Of a stretch of 64,000 bases of DNA, positions 25,031 through 36,201 are shown piece after piece. This DNA is from Hydrolagus colliei. Taxonomy: Eukaryota. The stretch covers positions 16,554,001-16,618,000 of the forward strand of contig CM068750.1 in NCBI GenBank assembly GCA_035084275.1, read 5' to 3'. How positions within the stretch are numbered: position 1 is the first letter of the stretch; each line of letters begins with the position of its first letter. Position numbers and translations under genes: made by a program. A model generated the notes under the pieces. That model searched no databases, was not told the origin of the DNA, and was given only the letters and a program-made list of their open reading frames with translations.

Positions 25031-25334
25031 AGTGGAATCCTCGCCAGGATTACCTCCCGGGAAGAAGGGAGTCCAACCAGCTTCCTTCTCTGCCACATAG
25101 AAACGAATGGGAGCGGCCGACCTATTACCATTTTCTCCCTGAATCCAATTATCCGACTTCAGGAAGCGTCTCCAACCCATTGAGACCCAACCCACCTCAG
25201 CCACGCCAGGAACTGCAGGCCCCCCCTCTGAATGATTGTACTGTGGAACCTTACGGCTGTTGCCCTGATGGCTTTGCCCCAGCCAGAGGACCAGGGGGGC
25301 AGGGCTGCCCATCGATTCCATGCTACAAAAGCAG
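25031..25334 (+). CDS. PAPLN: Papilin exon 16 (Pro-rich linker plus first CCPDG repeat)
   Basis: CTVEPYGCCPDGFAPARGPGGQGC, the papilin/lacunin Cys-rich repeat; 304 nt, phase 1 to 2. Confidence 0.9.
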
Positions 25335-25506
25335 GTAGTGAATAAATTGTTAGTGCAGCTTTACAGAGCAGAGTGCCTTCTGTCTGACGGGCCATGCAGG
25401 TTGTGCGTTAAAACAGTTCCTTTTGGTATTTCTCCGTGTACTAAACAATGTAAACAGAAAATGCTTGGTGCCATGTCTATGCTGAGTTTAGCTGGGTAGG
25501 TGCCAC

Positions 25507-25832
25507 AATTCTGTGGCGTAGTAGTTACATCACTCTCCGGCCACAAGCAAGAGGACCCGGGTGGGGCGAAACCTTAGGAAAGTTTCCTTAATCCACACGC
25601 CTCTGTTTACCTCGCGGTAAGTAGGAACCTGGCTGTTAGTTGATTGATGGATTGTTTTCCAGGGGTACTTAATCCCTCAAAAAATAATGATTTGGTTACT
25701 TAATTCACAACTGCTGGGCACAATTGGCTGCTGCCCACAAAATATTCACTTTACAATATATTCTGTGAAGCGCTTTGAGATGTCTCAACGATCTGATAAG
25801 TCGCTATATCAAATGCATGGATTATTATTATT
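25507..25832 (+). mobile_element. tRNA-derived SINE, long form (extra 64-nt internal block)
   Basis: Same head and tail as the short form, plus TCTGTTTACC...AGTAGGAACCTGG...AGGGG. Related partial copies at about 24636-24932, 17700-17962 and 12990-13245. Confidence 0.8.
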
Positions 25833-26514
25833 GCAATTGGCCCTAGCTTTAACTGGGCTAATCCTGATTACTGTCCTGTGATTTTCACTGAAATGTAAAT
25901 ACAGACTTCGGATGAGGACTTGATCAAGCTGAGTTGTGATATCCTCCATCATATTTATTAGTGCCCATCACATCTTGGATTGCTTTATAAAAGTATACAT
26001 AGCGGTGGAGTGGGGGTGGAAGAGGAAGTATCCATAGGCATGGTCAAAGACCATGGTTTAAGGTGTGATTTAAAAACGGAGAGAGAGCAAAACAGAGGGA
26101 GTTTGTATCTGAAGTTTCTCCATTGTTGGATCACTGGACTCTATAACCTCGTGTGTGAAGAATAACTACTTGTTATATATCTTAGTGTTGCTGACACAGT
26201 AACCTGAGGAGAGGAAAATATTTGTCAATGAGTTGGGTGGTAGGGTACAAAGTAGCCAAAGTAATATATGAAAGAAACTTAATGTAAGGCTGAGCTGTGT
26301 GTGGATGTACTTGTTCATGTAAGAGCTTTGGGGCGGGTGGTGATTTTAATCTTTACCCTCTTTACTATCTGTATCATGTCTCTAACTGCTATCCTTTTGT
26401 GAAATTGTCATTGTTTGTCAGAACACTTACTAAAAGCTTGCAGGAGGTGCTAAAGCACACAAGAATAGACTTTAGTACAGGGTAACCTTGGTATAATGCC
26501 CCTCTGTATTAGTG

Positions 26515-27864
26515 CAGCTTCTAGAGTCCATAATCAGGGACAAGGTAGATCTTCACTTAGAAAGATATAGGCTAATAAAGGACAGTCAACATGGATTTGT
26601 TAAAGGCAAATCTTGCCTTACAAATCTGATAGAATTTTTTGATGAGGTAACGGAATGGGTGGATAATGGTAGCGCAGTTGATGTAGTTTACATGGACTTT
26701 CAAAAGGCATTTGACAAAGTGCCACATGAGAGACTTATTATGAAATTAAAGGCCCATGGCGTAAAAGGGACAGTGGCAGCGTGGATCCACAACTGGCTGC
26801 GAGACAGAAAGCAGAGAGTTGTAGTGAGCGGCTGTTTTTCAGATTGGAGGGAAGTGAGCAGTGGTGTGCCACAGGGATCGGTTTTGGGACCATTGCTGTT
26901 TGTAATCTACATCAATGATCTGGACTTGGGTGTACGGAGTACAGTTTCCAAGTTTGCAGATGACACTAAGTTAGGGAGAATAGTAAACAGTGAGGAGGAT
27001 AGTAGCCATCTGCAAGAGGATATAGACAAATTGGTAAAGTGGGCAGATGAAGTTTAATGCAGAGAAGTGTGAGGTGATGCATTTTGGGAGAAGAAATGAA
27101 GGGAGGCAATATAGGCTAGATAGTACAATTTTAAATGGTGTAAAGGAACAGAGAGACCTGGGGATTTGTGTTAGTGACTCGTTGAAGGTGGCAGGACAGG
27201 TAGACAAGGCTGTTAAGAAGGCATATGGGATACTAGGCTTTATAAATAGGGGTATAGAGTACAAAAGTCAGGAAGTGCTGACTAACCTCTATAGGACTTT
27301 GGTGAGGCCTCAGCTGGAATACTGTGTTCAATTCTGGTCACCACACTACAGAAAGGATGTGAAGGCATTGGAAAGGGTACAAAGAAGATTTACTAGGATG
27401 GTGCCAGGATTGAGGGACTTCAGCTATGAGGAGAGGCTAGATAGGCTAGGGTTATTCTCTCTGGAGCAGAGAAGATTGAGGGGAGACCTAATAGAGGTTT
27501 ATAAGATCATGAGGGGTTTCGACAGGGCAAATAGAGAAAAACTATTTCCACTCGTGGGTGAATCTGTGACTCGTGGTCACAGATTTAAAATAGTTTCAAG
27601 GCGCAGTAGAGGGGAGCTGAGGAGAAATTTTTTCACTCAGCGAGTTGTTCGAATCTGGAATGCATTGCCTGAAAAGGTGGTGGAGGCTGATTCGATAACA
27701 ACTTTTAAAAGGGAATTAGATCTTTATTTAGGGAGAACGGGTCTATTAGGCTATGGGGAGGGGGCAGGGCAGTGGGATTGAATCGCTCTTTTCAAAGAGC
27801 CGGCACAGACTAGATGGGCCGAATGGCCTCCTTTTGTGCCGTAAAATTCTATGATTCTATGATT
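26515..27864 (+). mobile_element. 5'-truncated CR1 LINE (RT C-terminal region, 3'UTR, (ATTCTATG)n tail)
   Basis: QHGFVKGKSCLTNL, DFQKAFDKVPH, GVPQGSVLGPLLF, KFADDTKL, LVRPQLEYCVQFWSP. One frameshift near 27050. Octamer tail at 27846-27864. Confidence 0.97.
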
Positions 27865-28079
27865 GTGGACCTGCACTAACTGAAAGAACAGTGCCACTGG
27901 CTTCCAGTTCTGACTAGCCAATGAGATACTGGACCAAAAGGACAACCTTGTAATGGAGTTGCACTGAAATGGCAACTTATTTTCTCTATCAGCTGATTTC
28001 TTGCGATGTTCAGTTTCACTGGTAAGCGATCCAGTATAAATGTATTCTGAATCATCATACAGATATTTTAATTGAACAG

Positions 28080-28185
28080 GTATGGATGTTGCCCTGATGG
28101 TGTGACTTCAGCAAAAGGAAATGACCACACAGGGTGTCCGAGGCATCACACAGATCATCATAATGAAGATACCAGACGAACGTCT
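28080..28185 (+). CDS. PAPLN: Papilin exon 17 (YGCCPDGVTSAKGNDHTGCPRHHTDHHNEDTRRTS)
   Basis: Second CCPDG repeat; CAG acceptor, GTAAGT donor; 106 nt, phase 2 to 0. Confidence 0.93.
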
Positions 28186-29264
28186 GTAAGTAACGCTTGC
28201 CTTTTGTAATACTGTGAGTTCCATTCTGCTGACCATTGTCTGTAACTTATGAATTTATCAATTCTGAATAACTTACACATGCAACCTGATAGAGGTTAAA
28301 TGCCTTAAACATGTGTTTTTTTTGTTTGAGTTATTATACGGTTAAAGTGAGATTGCTATTGAAATGTTTCATTCACCATCGGTGTTAACCACCCACAAAG
28401 TGAGCAGCAGATCAGTGCGGATGAAGTCAGCTCACAAATAACACCTTGCTGTTGATCCCATGTGCCACCCCTGTACTTAAGGTCAATTTAAACTATTCTT
28501 AATATCATGTTATTAACTTAGAGCCAGGAATTAGTTTGCTGTAACATTCATTGAAACATTAAGTCCACACACCATTATGCTTGCACCATATCCCTAGTGT
28601 AACCCTGGTGTAAACCACTGGATTACACTGAATTTGCCCCAAGACACTATAAACCAAATGTCCTGCCCTGAAGTTCAGGATTGAATGTGACAAGTACTGA
28701 TTAATCATAACTTAACTCAGTAAACATTCCCTATTTGATTCGGAACTAAATGCTATAGTTAACACTTTATATTTTGGTTTGAAGATCAGTTATAGCTATG
28801 TAGGAGATTTATAAATCGTAGTTGTTTATCAGATTTCATATATCATTGTTGGCAATGCAGGTGCCAGGTGCCTGTAATGACAGTTGTGGTCACTATTATG
28901 GGATTATTGAGATGCTGTTTCCTACAAATCTACTGATTTGCATGTTTCAAACGCTTGATCTTCATGTGTCAGGGGTACAATCTCTTGGGATTATTAAAAA
29001 GACAAGAGGAAGGATCGTTAGAACTGCATAGTTATTGACTCAAATTGAAAACTAAACCAGGTGCCCAAAGTATTTCTAAATACCAATATCAACTTTAATG
29101 TTTGTATTGTGATGAATATTGCTCTTGCCTCTTGTTTTTGTTGAGCACGTGCAAGACACCACCTAACAGAAATCAACTGATTGGAGACCACTATCATACT
29201 TTTTTTTAACAAAAGAATGATACAGATTTTCAACATAAATTCACTGCTCTCTCTGTGTGTGAAG

Positions 29265-29397
29265 GATTCCCATGTTTCGACTCGAGAAGAACCATCATCC
29301 AGTGAATGCCGAGGGTCGACATTCGGCTGCTGTCATGATGGGACTACTGCTGCATCAGGCCCCACTGGAGAAGGATGCAGGAATGTACCTTATTTTC
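29265..29397 (+). CDS. PAPLN: Papilin exon 18 (DSHVSTREEPSSSECRGSTFGCCHDGTTAASGPTGEGCRNVPYF)
   Basis: Third CCxDG repeat; AAG acceptor after a pyrimidine tract, GTGAGT donor; 133 nt. Confidence 0.9.
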
Positions 29398-29508
29398 GTG
29401 AGTTATCGAACTATTTTGTTGCTTTGGAAATTTGCAATTTAAAAAAAACTTTGGATTATTCAACATAATAGAGCCATAACAAATTGTGGTTCAGATTCCA
29501 CCAAGACT

Positions 29509-29815
29509 GTGGAGTCCTGCAGCTCAGTGGTTAGAAAACTTGCCTTACAAGCGTGAGACCTGTGTTTTGAATCCAGGCAGGTCAGGGAGAAACCTTGAGC
29601 AAGTTTCCTTACTTCACACGCCCAAAAAAACCCTATAATAAAATTGGTCATTTCAATCCACAACTGTTTGTGGGACACTGCTGTGCGCGATTGGCCACCG
29701 CATTTCATCCACAAATATACAATCAATTCACTCTACAGTATATTCTGTGAAGTGCTTTGAGAAGTGTAGAAGACATTAAAAGCATTATATCAAATGCAAG
29801 GATTATTGTTATTAT
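29509..29815 (+). mobile_element. tRNA-derived SINE, short form
   Basis: Colinear with the 754 and 13661 copies. Confidence 0.88.
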
Positions 29816-30100
29816 ATCTGATCGACTGTCTTTTTCCATGGTCACCCCACTCAGCACCTTGGGCATCTCTGCTTTATGTGTCATTTCGTCTGGGTTGCTT
29901 TATTATTGCCTCTCTCACCAGTCATATAAGTTCTGTACTATAGAGAACTTGAAATTGTACTTTTAGGATAAAATAGACTTGTCAATTGGACGGCGAGTAA
30001 ATTTCTTTTAATTTAAGGAACATCACTTGTGTTGTTTGCTTTGCACTCTGCAAAATACACCTATGACGTTGCTATTGTTTTGAATGTTCTTTTTACATAG

Positions 30101-30434
30101 CTTACCCAACTGGGTGCCTGATGCCAAGTGCCAATGGCCCATGCACTGACTGGGTAGTCGGTTGGTTCTTTATCGCCAATGCTGGAGTTTGCAACCGTTT
30201 CTGGTATGGAGGATGCCACGGGAACAAAAATAACTTCCAGACAGAAGAAGAGTGTCTGAGCAAATGCAAGAGATCAAGCTCCCAGAGTGTTCCTGTCAGC
30301 ACAATGGATGGAATACCCCAGAGATGGCTGCCTCATTTTGAAGAGATAAACAACGAGCGTGAGCCAATCTCTCCTGTGAGACCTGGGGCTTCAATAAACC
30401 GATTTCAACCTCAACCAGAGCAGCCTGTGTACAG
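30101..30434 (+). CDS. PAPLN: Papilin exon 19 (BPTI/Kunitz domain plus linker)
   Basis: CLMPSANGPCTDW...CNRFWYGGCHGNKNNFQTEEECLSKC, six-Cys Kunitz signature; 334 nt, phase 1 to 2. Confidence 0.96.
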
Positions 30435-30586
30435 GTAATCTTACAAGTGTTAATTGCAGCTCAGACATTGTATTCTGGACTGTACTGAGTTAGCTGTTGT
30501 TGGGTTGGGAGAGGGGAAGCAAAATCAGCAGTGACTCCTGATCGCTACCCAGCCAGCGATCTCCACTGGAAAACCCCAACTCGATA

Positions 30587-30830
30587 AACAACAAAATTGC
30601 ACTTATATAGCACCTCTCACGTCGGGAGGACGTCCCAAAGCGCTGAACAGTCAGGTGGAACCCGAGTGGGGGCGGGGAGGGTCAGGGTAGGGGGAAGGGG
30701 AAGGAGAGGGGGAAGAGTTAGTCGGAGAGCCGAAGGCGCGGTCAAAGAGGAAGGTATTGAGACCGTATTTGAAGGAGGAAAGGGAGGAAAGGTGGAGGGG
30801 CTGCAGGATGGTGTTCCACAGTGTGGGAGC
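30587..30830 (-). mobile_element. L2-clade LINE 3' fragment
   Basis: Reverse complement of the 62660-63098 tail and 3'UTR. Further short copies at about 3809-3990, 18110-18310, 31692-31751, 57540-57690 and 62362-62430. Confidence 0.8.
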
Positions 30831-31081
30831 ATAAACATTTGAGTGTCCACCACAGTCGAATAACCTGCTGTCTGTGGGGGGATAGAGAAAAAATTACTTC
30901 CATACAAATCGAGTAGAGAAAATCTTTAAAACATAGAAGTGAATCAACCTATTGAGTCCTGTAGCTAATAATGCTGCCTTTCAGTGTTGCAATATGTATA
31001 ATTACTCAAGGTGTACAATTCCTCTACCAATGAAGATGATTAGAAGCAGTTGTCTGGATATAATGATTCTCCTCGTTATAG

Positions 31082-31219
31082 GTTGAATATAGAAAGACGT
31101 GATCCCTCATCAGTGGATGCAAGTCCGGAGCAGACAGCCAAGTTGCTCTGCAGGTCCGATGCTTCTCCCTCTCAGAGTGTTGAATGGCGCAAAGATGGGA
31201 GGACGATCTACTCACCAAG
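31082..31219 (+). CDS. PAPLN: Papilin exon 20 (Ig domain 1, N-terminal half)
   Basis: TAKLLCRSDASPSQSVEWRKDG carries the Ig B-strand Cys and C-strand Trp; 138 nt, phase 2 to 2. Confidence 0.9.
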
Positions 31220-31953
31220 GTTGGTACCTCTGTTCATCCTAAATACGGTTTCCAATTTTGGGGTAAAAGTGCACCAAACATGTGGATGATTTTACGGCTC
31301 ATTGAACTCCTCTCCCACCTTCATAAACTGTCCAGTGGCTTTCCATGAGTGAGCTTTGCATGATCTCGGGCATTACAAGGACCCCACGTTCTACATTGCA
31401 TTTTGGCCATCTAACAGCGGGTGACGTTAGAGCCAGAAAAGGCCAATAACAAAGGCAGAATCAGCTGGGATTTTTGAAAGGAGAAATTATGGGGGGAAGT
31501 AAAGGTACTAAGATGTATGGAAAAAGGCAAGACGTCGGATTGAATGATGTGTCTGCCATAATATGCATTCATAATGCAAGGAGTGTTATTCATGAGTGAG
31601 AAGAAAATAAAGTGGGTACGGAGCGGGATTATGATGGTAGAGGCTCATGCACAGTATATAAAAAATAGTTGGACGGATGTATTATGTAAAAATACAACAC
31701 AATTACACTTGTATAGTGCCTTTCACGTCAGGAGGATGTCCCAAGGCACCGGGTACTAAGATGTATGGAAATAAAACTACATTACCTGATCACACCCAAT
31801 GGCCTATTCAGGTAATGTCCTTTTATGTAGTTTTACATAATAGGCTTGCAGGGAGATCCTTTGTTTGTTTTGTTTCTGGAGGTCAGGGATTGATTAAATG
31901 TTGGAGAGGGAATAATTTGATCTCTCTTGACTGTCGGTGTGTACCATCTTCAG

Positions 31954-32081
31954 GCACACCACACATTCAGATGGCTCACTGGTGATCAGTCGGGTCACAG
32001 AATCAGATGCTGGATCGTACACCTGCCACGTCTCCAATGGACGGGATCAGGATTTCCGTCATGTCAAGCTCAATGTTCAAG
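31954..32081 (+). CDS. PAPLN: Papilin exon 21 (Ig domain 1, C-terminal half)
   Basis: DGSLVISRVTESDAGSYTCHVSN matches the I-set DxGxYxC motif; 128 nt. Confidence 0.94.
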
Positions 32082-33966
32082 GTACTGTTAGCACCAGGAA
32101 CCTGTACTGTAAGTATTGGTCAACGATGATCCCGAAAAAATATTCTTTTAATGGCAGATTTTTATAAATGGATTTATTTTCTAAATATCTTGCTAGCACA
32201 TTATTTAATTTTAAAACAAAAAAACCTGGTAAGATTACATTTGATTCCTTTTGGAGCTGTTCAGTCTCTGATGCAGTAACAATAATGCGATGGTCACTGT
32301 GTTCCAGTAATATTACTCATGTTCATAAGTTGATAAGAAATCCCCATGTTATCATTTCTATGAATAGCCTGGTCCTGTTGGTAGCTTCTTTATTGACATG
32401 GTTTAACATTTTGAGTTTTTAAAAGTGTTCTCCTCTCCTGAAGACACTGAAATCTGTTTCTACAGACACAGGAACCTTCTGAGCCCCAAACACAAGTTGG
32501 CCATCTTCAAGTTTCCTTATTAAGATTATTTAACCTCATGTGCAGTCTGATCCTCGTTAATTTTCAGGCACATGCATTTTGCATAGAAATCCTGAATAGC
32601 AATTAGGGCGGGAAACGAATACTGTTTTGGCTGAAATCACTTAACTTTGTGTAAACTAGGAATTTAACTTTTCTGGACAAAACTATTGCAATATCTTTAT
32701 CAGCAAGTCAGTCCCAGTTGCTTGTTTCTGGGTTTATGATCGGCTGTTGAGAATGATCCAGAGCTGTATTAAACAGCTCATAAAACCTCAATTTCCCACC
32801 GTCTTATGGCCCAATCATTTGTTCACTTCGATACAGAATGGGTAAATTGGTTTTCTACTGTGTCATGTTGCTTTACAGTTCTGTGTACATTGAGATGGAA
32901 TTCAATGCAATGGCTCAGTTTAGTAAAATACACTGCTTTAAGCTAATTATTTGAATGCAGTAATAACAAAATGGAACTAACCTAGTTACACTCCTGATGA
33001 TCTTGTGCTTGGTGTGTTAACTAATTTTTTATTTTCATTAACAAACGAATGGTCATAGAGGTGATGTTTGGGATAAAACTGATTTGAGTATTTGTCTGAC
33101 TAACTTGTGTCTATCAACCATCATTATCTGATGAAAAAAAAATAAGTTAGAAGAATACCCCTCACTTGACATCAGTGTTTTCACAGTAGCTGTTTTTTTT
33201 CACTTGGATTTCTCTCTGCAGTCTTTTGCTCCAGGAATGTACCAGGCAGCTGCATTATTGAAGCTATTCACATGAGGTAGCAAGAAGCTGTACACTGCCA
33301 GTCTTTTGAAGCTATTTTAGCTGCTTCCATGTAGATATCCCCCCCACCGCCCCAACCCTTGGTCTTCTGAACACTGACTGTAGGTAAGAGGGACAGCTAG
33401 CAAGCTTCTTCCAAGTGTCACTTTCAGCCTCGTTCAAGTAAATGTGAAACCACAGGCCTAGAGTAACTCGTGATTTCCCTCTCATTTCTTCCCCTTTCCA
33501 ACCCATGGTATAATAGCTGCTCCCAGTATAAGGCCTTGTTAGCAACATGGCTAGGAATGTAAGTTTAGTTGACTTGGGTGTGACTGAGCACCAGGTGATG
33601 TTTTATTCTACTTCAAGAGGCTTCAAATGGCTGACACAGCCATGATGAAACTCATAAGAGGTCTCCAGCCATGGTCATTAATCGCGGTTGAAATTCACAG
33701 TAGAGAGACTCCCAGTATTTGGGCAGCTCAGTATATAGGCAACTTGTAAAATGTAAATGTTTCTACTGATTGAAATCTGTGAACAGTGAAGTCAAGTGAG
33801 TTTTCTTGTCCAATTAATTACTTTTTTTTCCCTTAATAAAACAAAAAAAGGAAATTCAGGCCACTTTTTCTGACCCAAAGCTTGAATGATGTTTGACGGA
33901 CCATGCATTTCTATTGCGTTTATTTCCCTGGGGAATTTGGGTATTCATTCTCTCTTCTGTGTCCAG

Positions 33967-34245
33967 CGGCTACTTACATTCGTCCAGGTTTATCTGTTGT
34001 TGAAGCTCGGGTTGGGTTCTCTGCTCAGTTGCCTTGTCGGGCTGAAGGAGTGCCGAAACCGGAGGTGTTTTGGGAAAGGAATGGTGCACGGCTGGGAGCA
34101 GTAGCGAGGCCTCGCCTCACTCAGCTGGATGACTACTCCTTGCGGTTCACTGCGGTAGTGCCTGGTGATGCGGGAGAGTACGTCTGTGTTGCTCACAATA
34201 ATGCAGGGCCTAAGCAAAGGAAGGTGGTGCAACTTAAGGTCAAAG
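33967..34245 (+). CDS. PAPLN: Papilin exon 22 (Ig domain 2)
   Basis: LPCRAEGVPKPEVFWERNG...DAGEYVCVAHN; 279 nt, phase 1 to 1. Confidence 0.94.
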
Positions 34246-35227
34246 GTTTTTATGATACCAATTTACACATTTTAAATACCTGTAAATCTTGATGAATTGC
34301 TTTGTGAACATACCCAGTTTGTGTTGCTCAAATTCCAACTTTAACCAGATAATATGATGAACAAATGGTTTGTCCAGATGTCACTCTATTTCAACTTTTT
34401 TTTTCCTCTCAAAAATATTCCCTGCATGAAGTGATTCACTTTATTTATCAAAGCACTTGGATGGTATATTGGTGCAATATTAATGAAAAATTTCCAGTTT
34501 TGTTTTAAAATGGTATCAATTCTCCTTCTTCCCAACCTAGCTGATACACCCGAGGTTTAACTTACCGCAGAATAGATGAGAGGTTGGGTTGAATATAAAT
34601 ATTTGACTATTGCACTGTTAGGCCATTCCAATCTTTCCATTCTTTATTAGAAGGTGAAGACAGACTTTAGGAAGGTTTTAGGAAGAATCCTTCCCTTTCT
34701 TTTAAGTTCTATAACTTAATGCTAGATAGAGGACTTGCTATGTTTAATAAACAAACTGGGTCTGTTTTAAGAATTTTAAAAAGTTTTATGCATTTCGGGA
34801 TATGTCTTTTATTCTCTTCCCTGCCTTCCCAACATAGTTTCTGTCTTATTTTCTCTCCAGTATCTGACTAATCTCACTGAGTCAGTTGAGATGTGTGGAA
34901 AGTATTCAGCTAGGGGCAAGCTCAATCCTCAACAAATGGATCTCCCAGAAGGGTCATTGGCTGAAAATCCCTGACTCAATTTTATCCTCCTTCCTGTCCT
35001 GTTGAATGTTTCAATCCTTAAGTGGTTTATTGAATTTTGTATATGAAATTTGAAAATTCAAATATTACATACAGTCTTGACTTCTTTACTTCAGTTGTTA
35101 ATTTTTTTGTCTTAAAAGGCCAAAGTACTTTGTCTGTATAATTTATAAAAACAAATAGTAGCATATTCTTTTCTGGAGAAAAACAATTCATTTGAAGGTA
35201 CTCATTTTAAGGAAGACTGTCACCTAG

Positions 35228-35345
35228 TCACAGTGTAACTTAGCTGATACAATGATATAATTTTACTCTCTAGCATAAAAAGTGCAATCACAGTGTAACT
35301 TAGCTGTTACAATGATATAATTCTACTCTAGCATAATAAGTGCAG
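35228..35345 (+). repeat. Tandem duplication of an approximately 60-bp unit
   Basis: TCACAGTGTAACTTAGCTG.TACAATGATATAATT...CTAGCATAA.AAGTGCA occurs twice, head to tail. Confidence 0.9.
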
Positions 35346-35441
35346 ATTGCTTCTTTCCAATTTCCTCCCCCCAATTCAGAACCGAGAAGTGAGCACATTT
35401 AAGAGGAACATGTTAACCTAATAAGTTTTGTTTTCATCCAG

Positions 35442-35550
35442 GGGAACTGAAGATTACATCACCTCCAGATGATCTTCAGATTGGTGAAGGGAAAACGGCC
35501 AGGTTTCCATGTGTGGTGTCTGGTAATAATGTCACTGTACGGTGGACAAG
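35442..35550 (+). CDS. PAPLN: Papilin exon 23 (Ig domain 3, N-terminal half: ELKITSPPDDLQIGEGKTARFPCVVSGNNVTVRWT)
   Basis: TTTTCATCCAG acceptor, AAG|GTAAAA donor; 109 nt, phase 1 to 2. Read by hand. Confidence 0.93.
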
Positions 35551-36040
35551 GTAAAAGAATATCCACACTATTTGCAAGTTAGTGTTGATGTTTGAAATTT
35601 TCACCCATTTCCTTATGATAAACATGTGTCAGTATTTACGTTTCTCTTCACACAATGGAACATTGCCCTATTGCAAGGTATGATCAGTCAACAACGGAGT
35701 TCAGATTTAGGCAGGTCAATGGTAAGCTGGTGTGAGCATTCCACTTATAGAATAATTAGGTCACCACCTGCCCCATCCACCCCCAAAAGATAATACAGCA
35801 TTTTTAATGAACATATGTATAGAATAACAAAAAGGAACAGGCAGGTACCCTCCAATGCTTTGTCAAGTTGGAACTTAATCCTGAAAGAGATTCAGAGGGT
35901 TTGTCAACAGCGTTACACTTGAGTAATTTGATATCAGATAATTCAACAGAATGAGTGTCGAAAATGGGAGTTTCTCAGTCTTTAGGACTCTTTTTACTCA
36001 AGGTTATGTAGTCACTGAAATCCTTTTTAATCTAATGTAG

Positions 36041-36201
36041 AAATGGAATTCCTCTGCAGACTGATGGTCAGCACATCTACATTTCGCAGGAAGGTACCTT
36101 GGTATTAAATGATGTTCAGCGTGAAGATTCTGGTACTTACACCTGCAACGCCTACAGCGGCTCACACTCTGTTAGTGCAAATGCAGAACTGATAGTCACA
36201 T
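36041..36201 (+). CDS. PAPLN: Papilin exon 24 (Ig domain 3, C-terminal half: NGIPLQTDGQHIYISQEGTLVLNDVQREDSGTYTCNAYSGSHSVSANAELIV)
   Basis: DSGTYTC motif; GTGAGT donor; 161 nt, phase 2 to 1. Confidence 0.94.

Noticed and set aside
33222-33277. Exon-like segment after TCTCTCTGCAG between Ig1 and Ig2
   Set aside because: Its end phase is incompatible with the flanking phase-1 exons, the alternative acceptor leads to a stop, and the gene model is complete without it.
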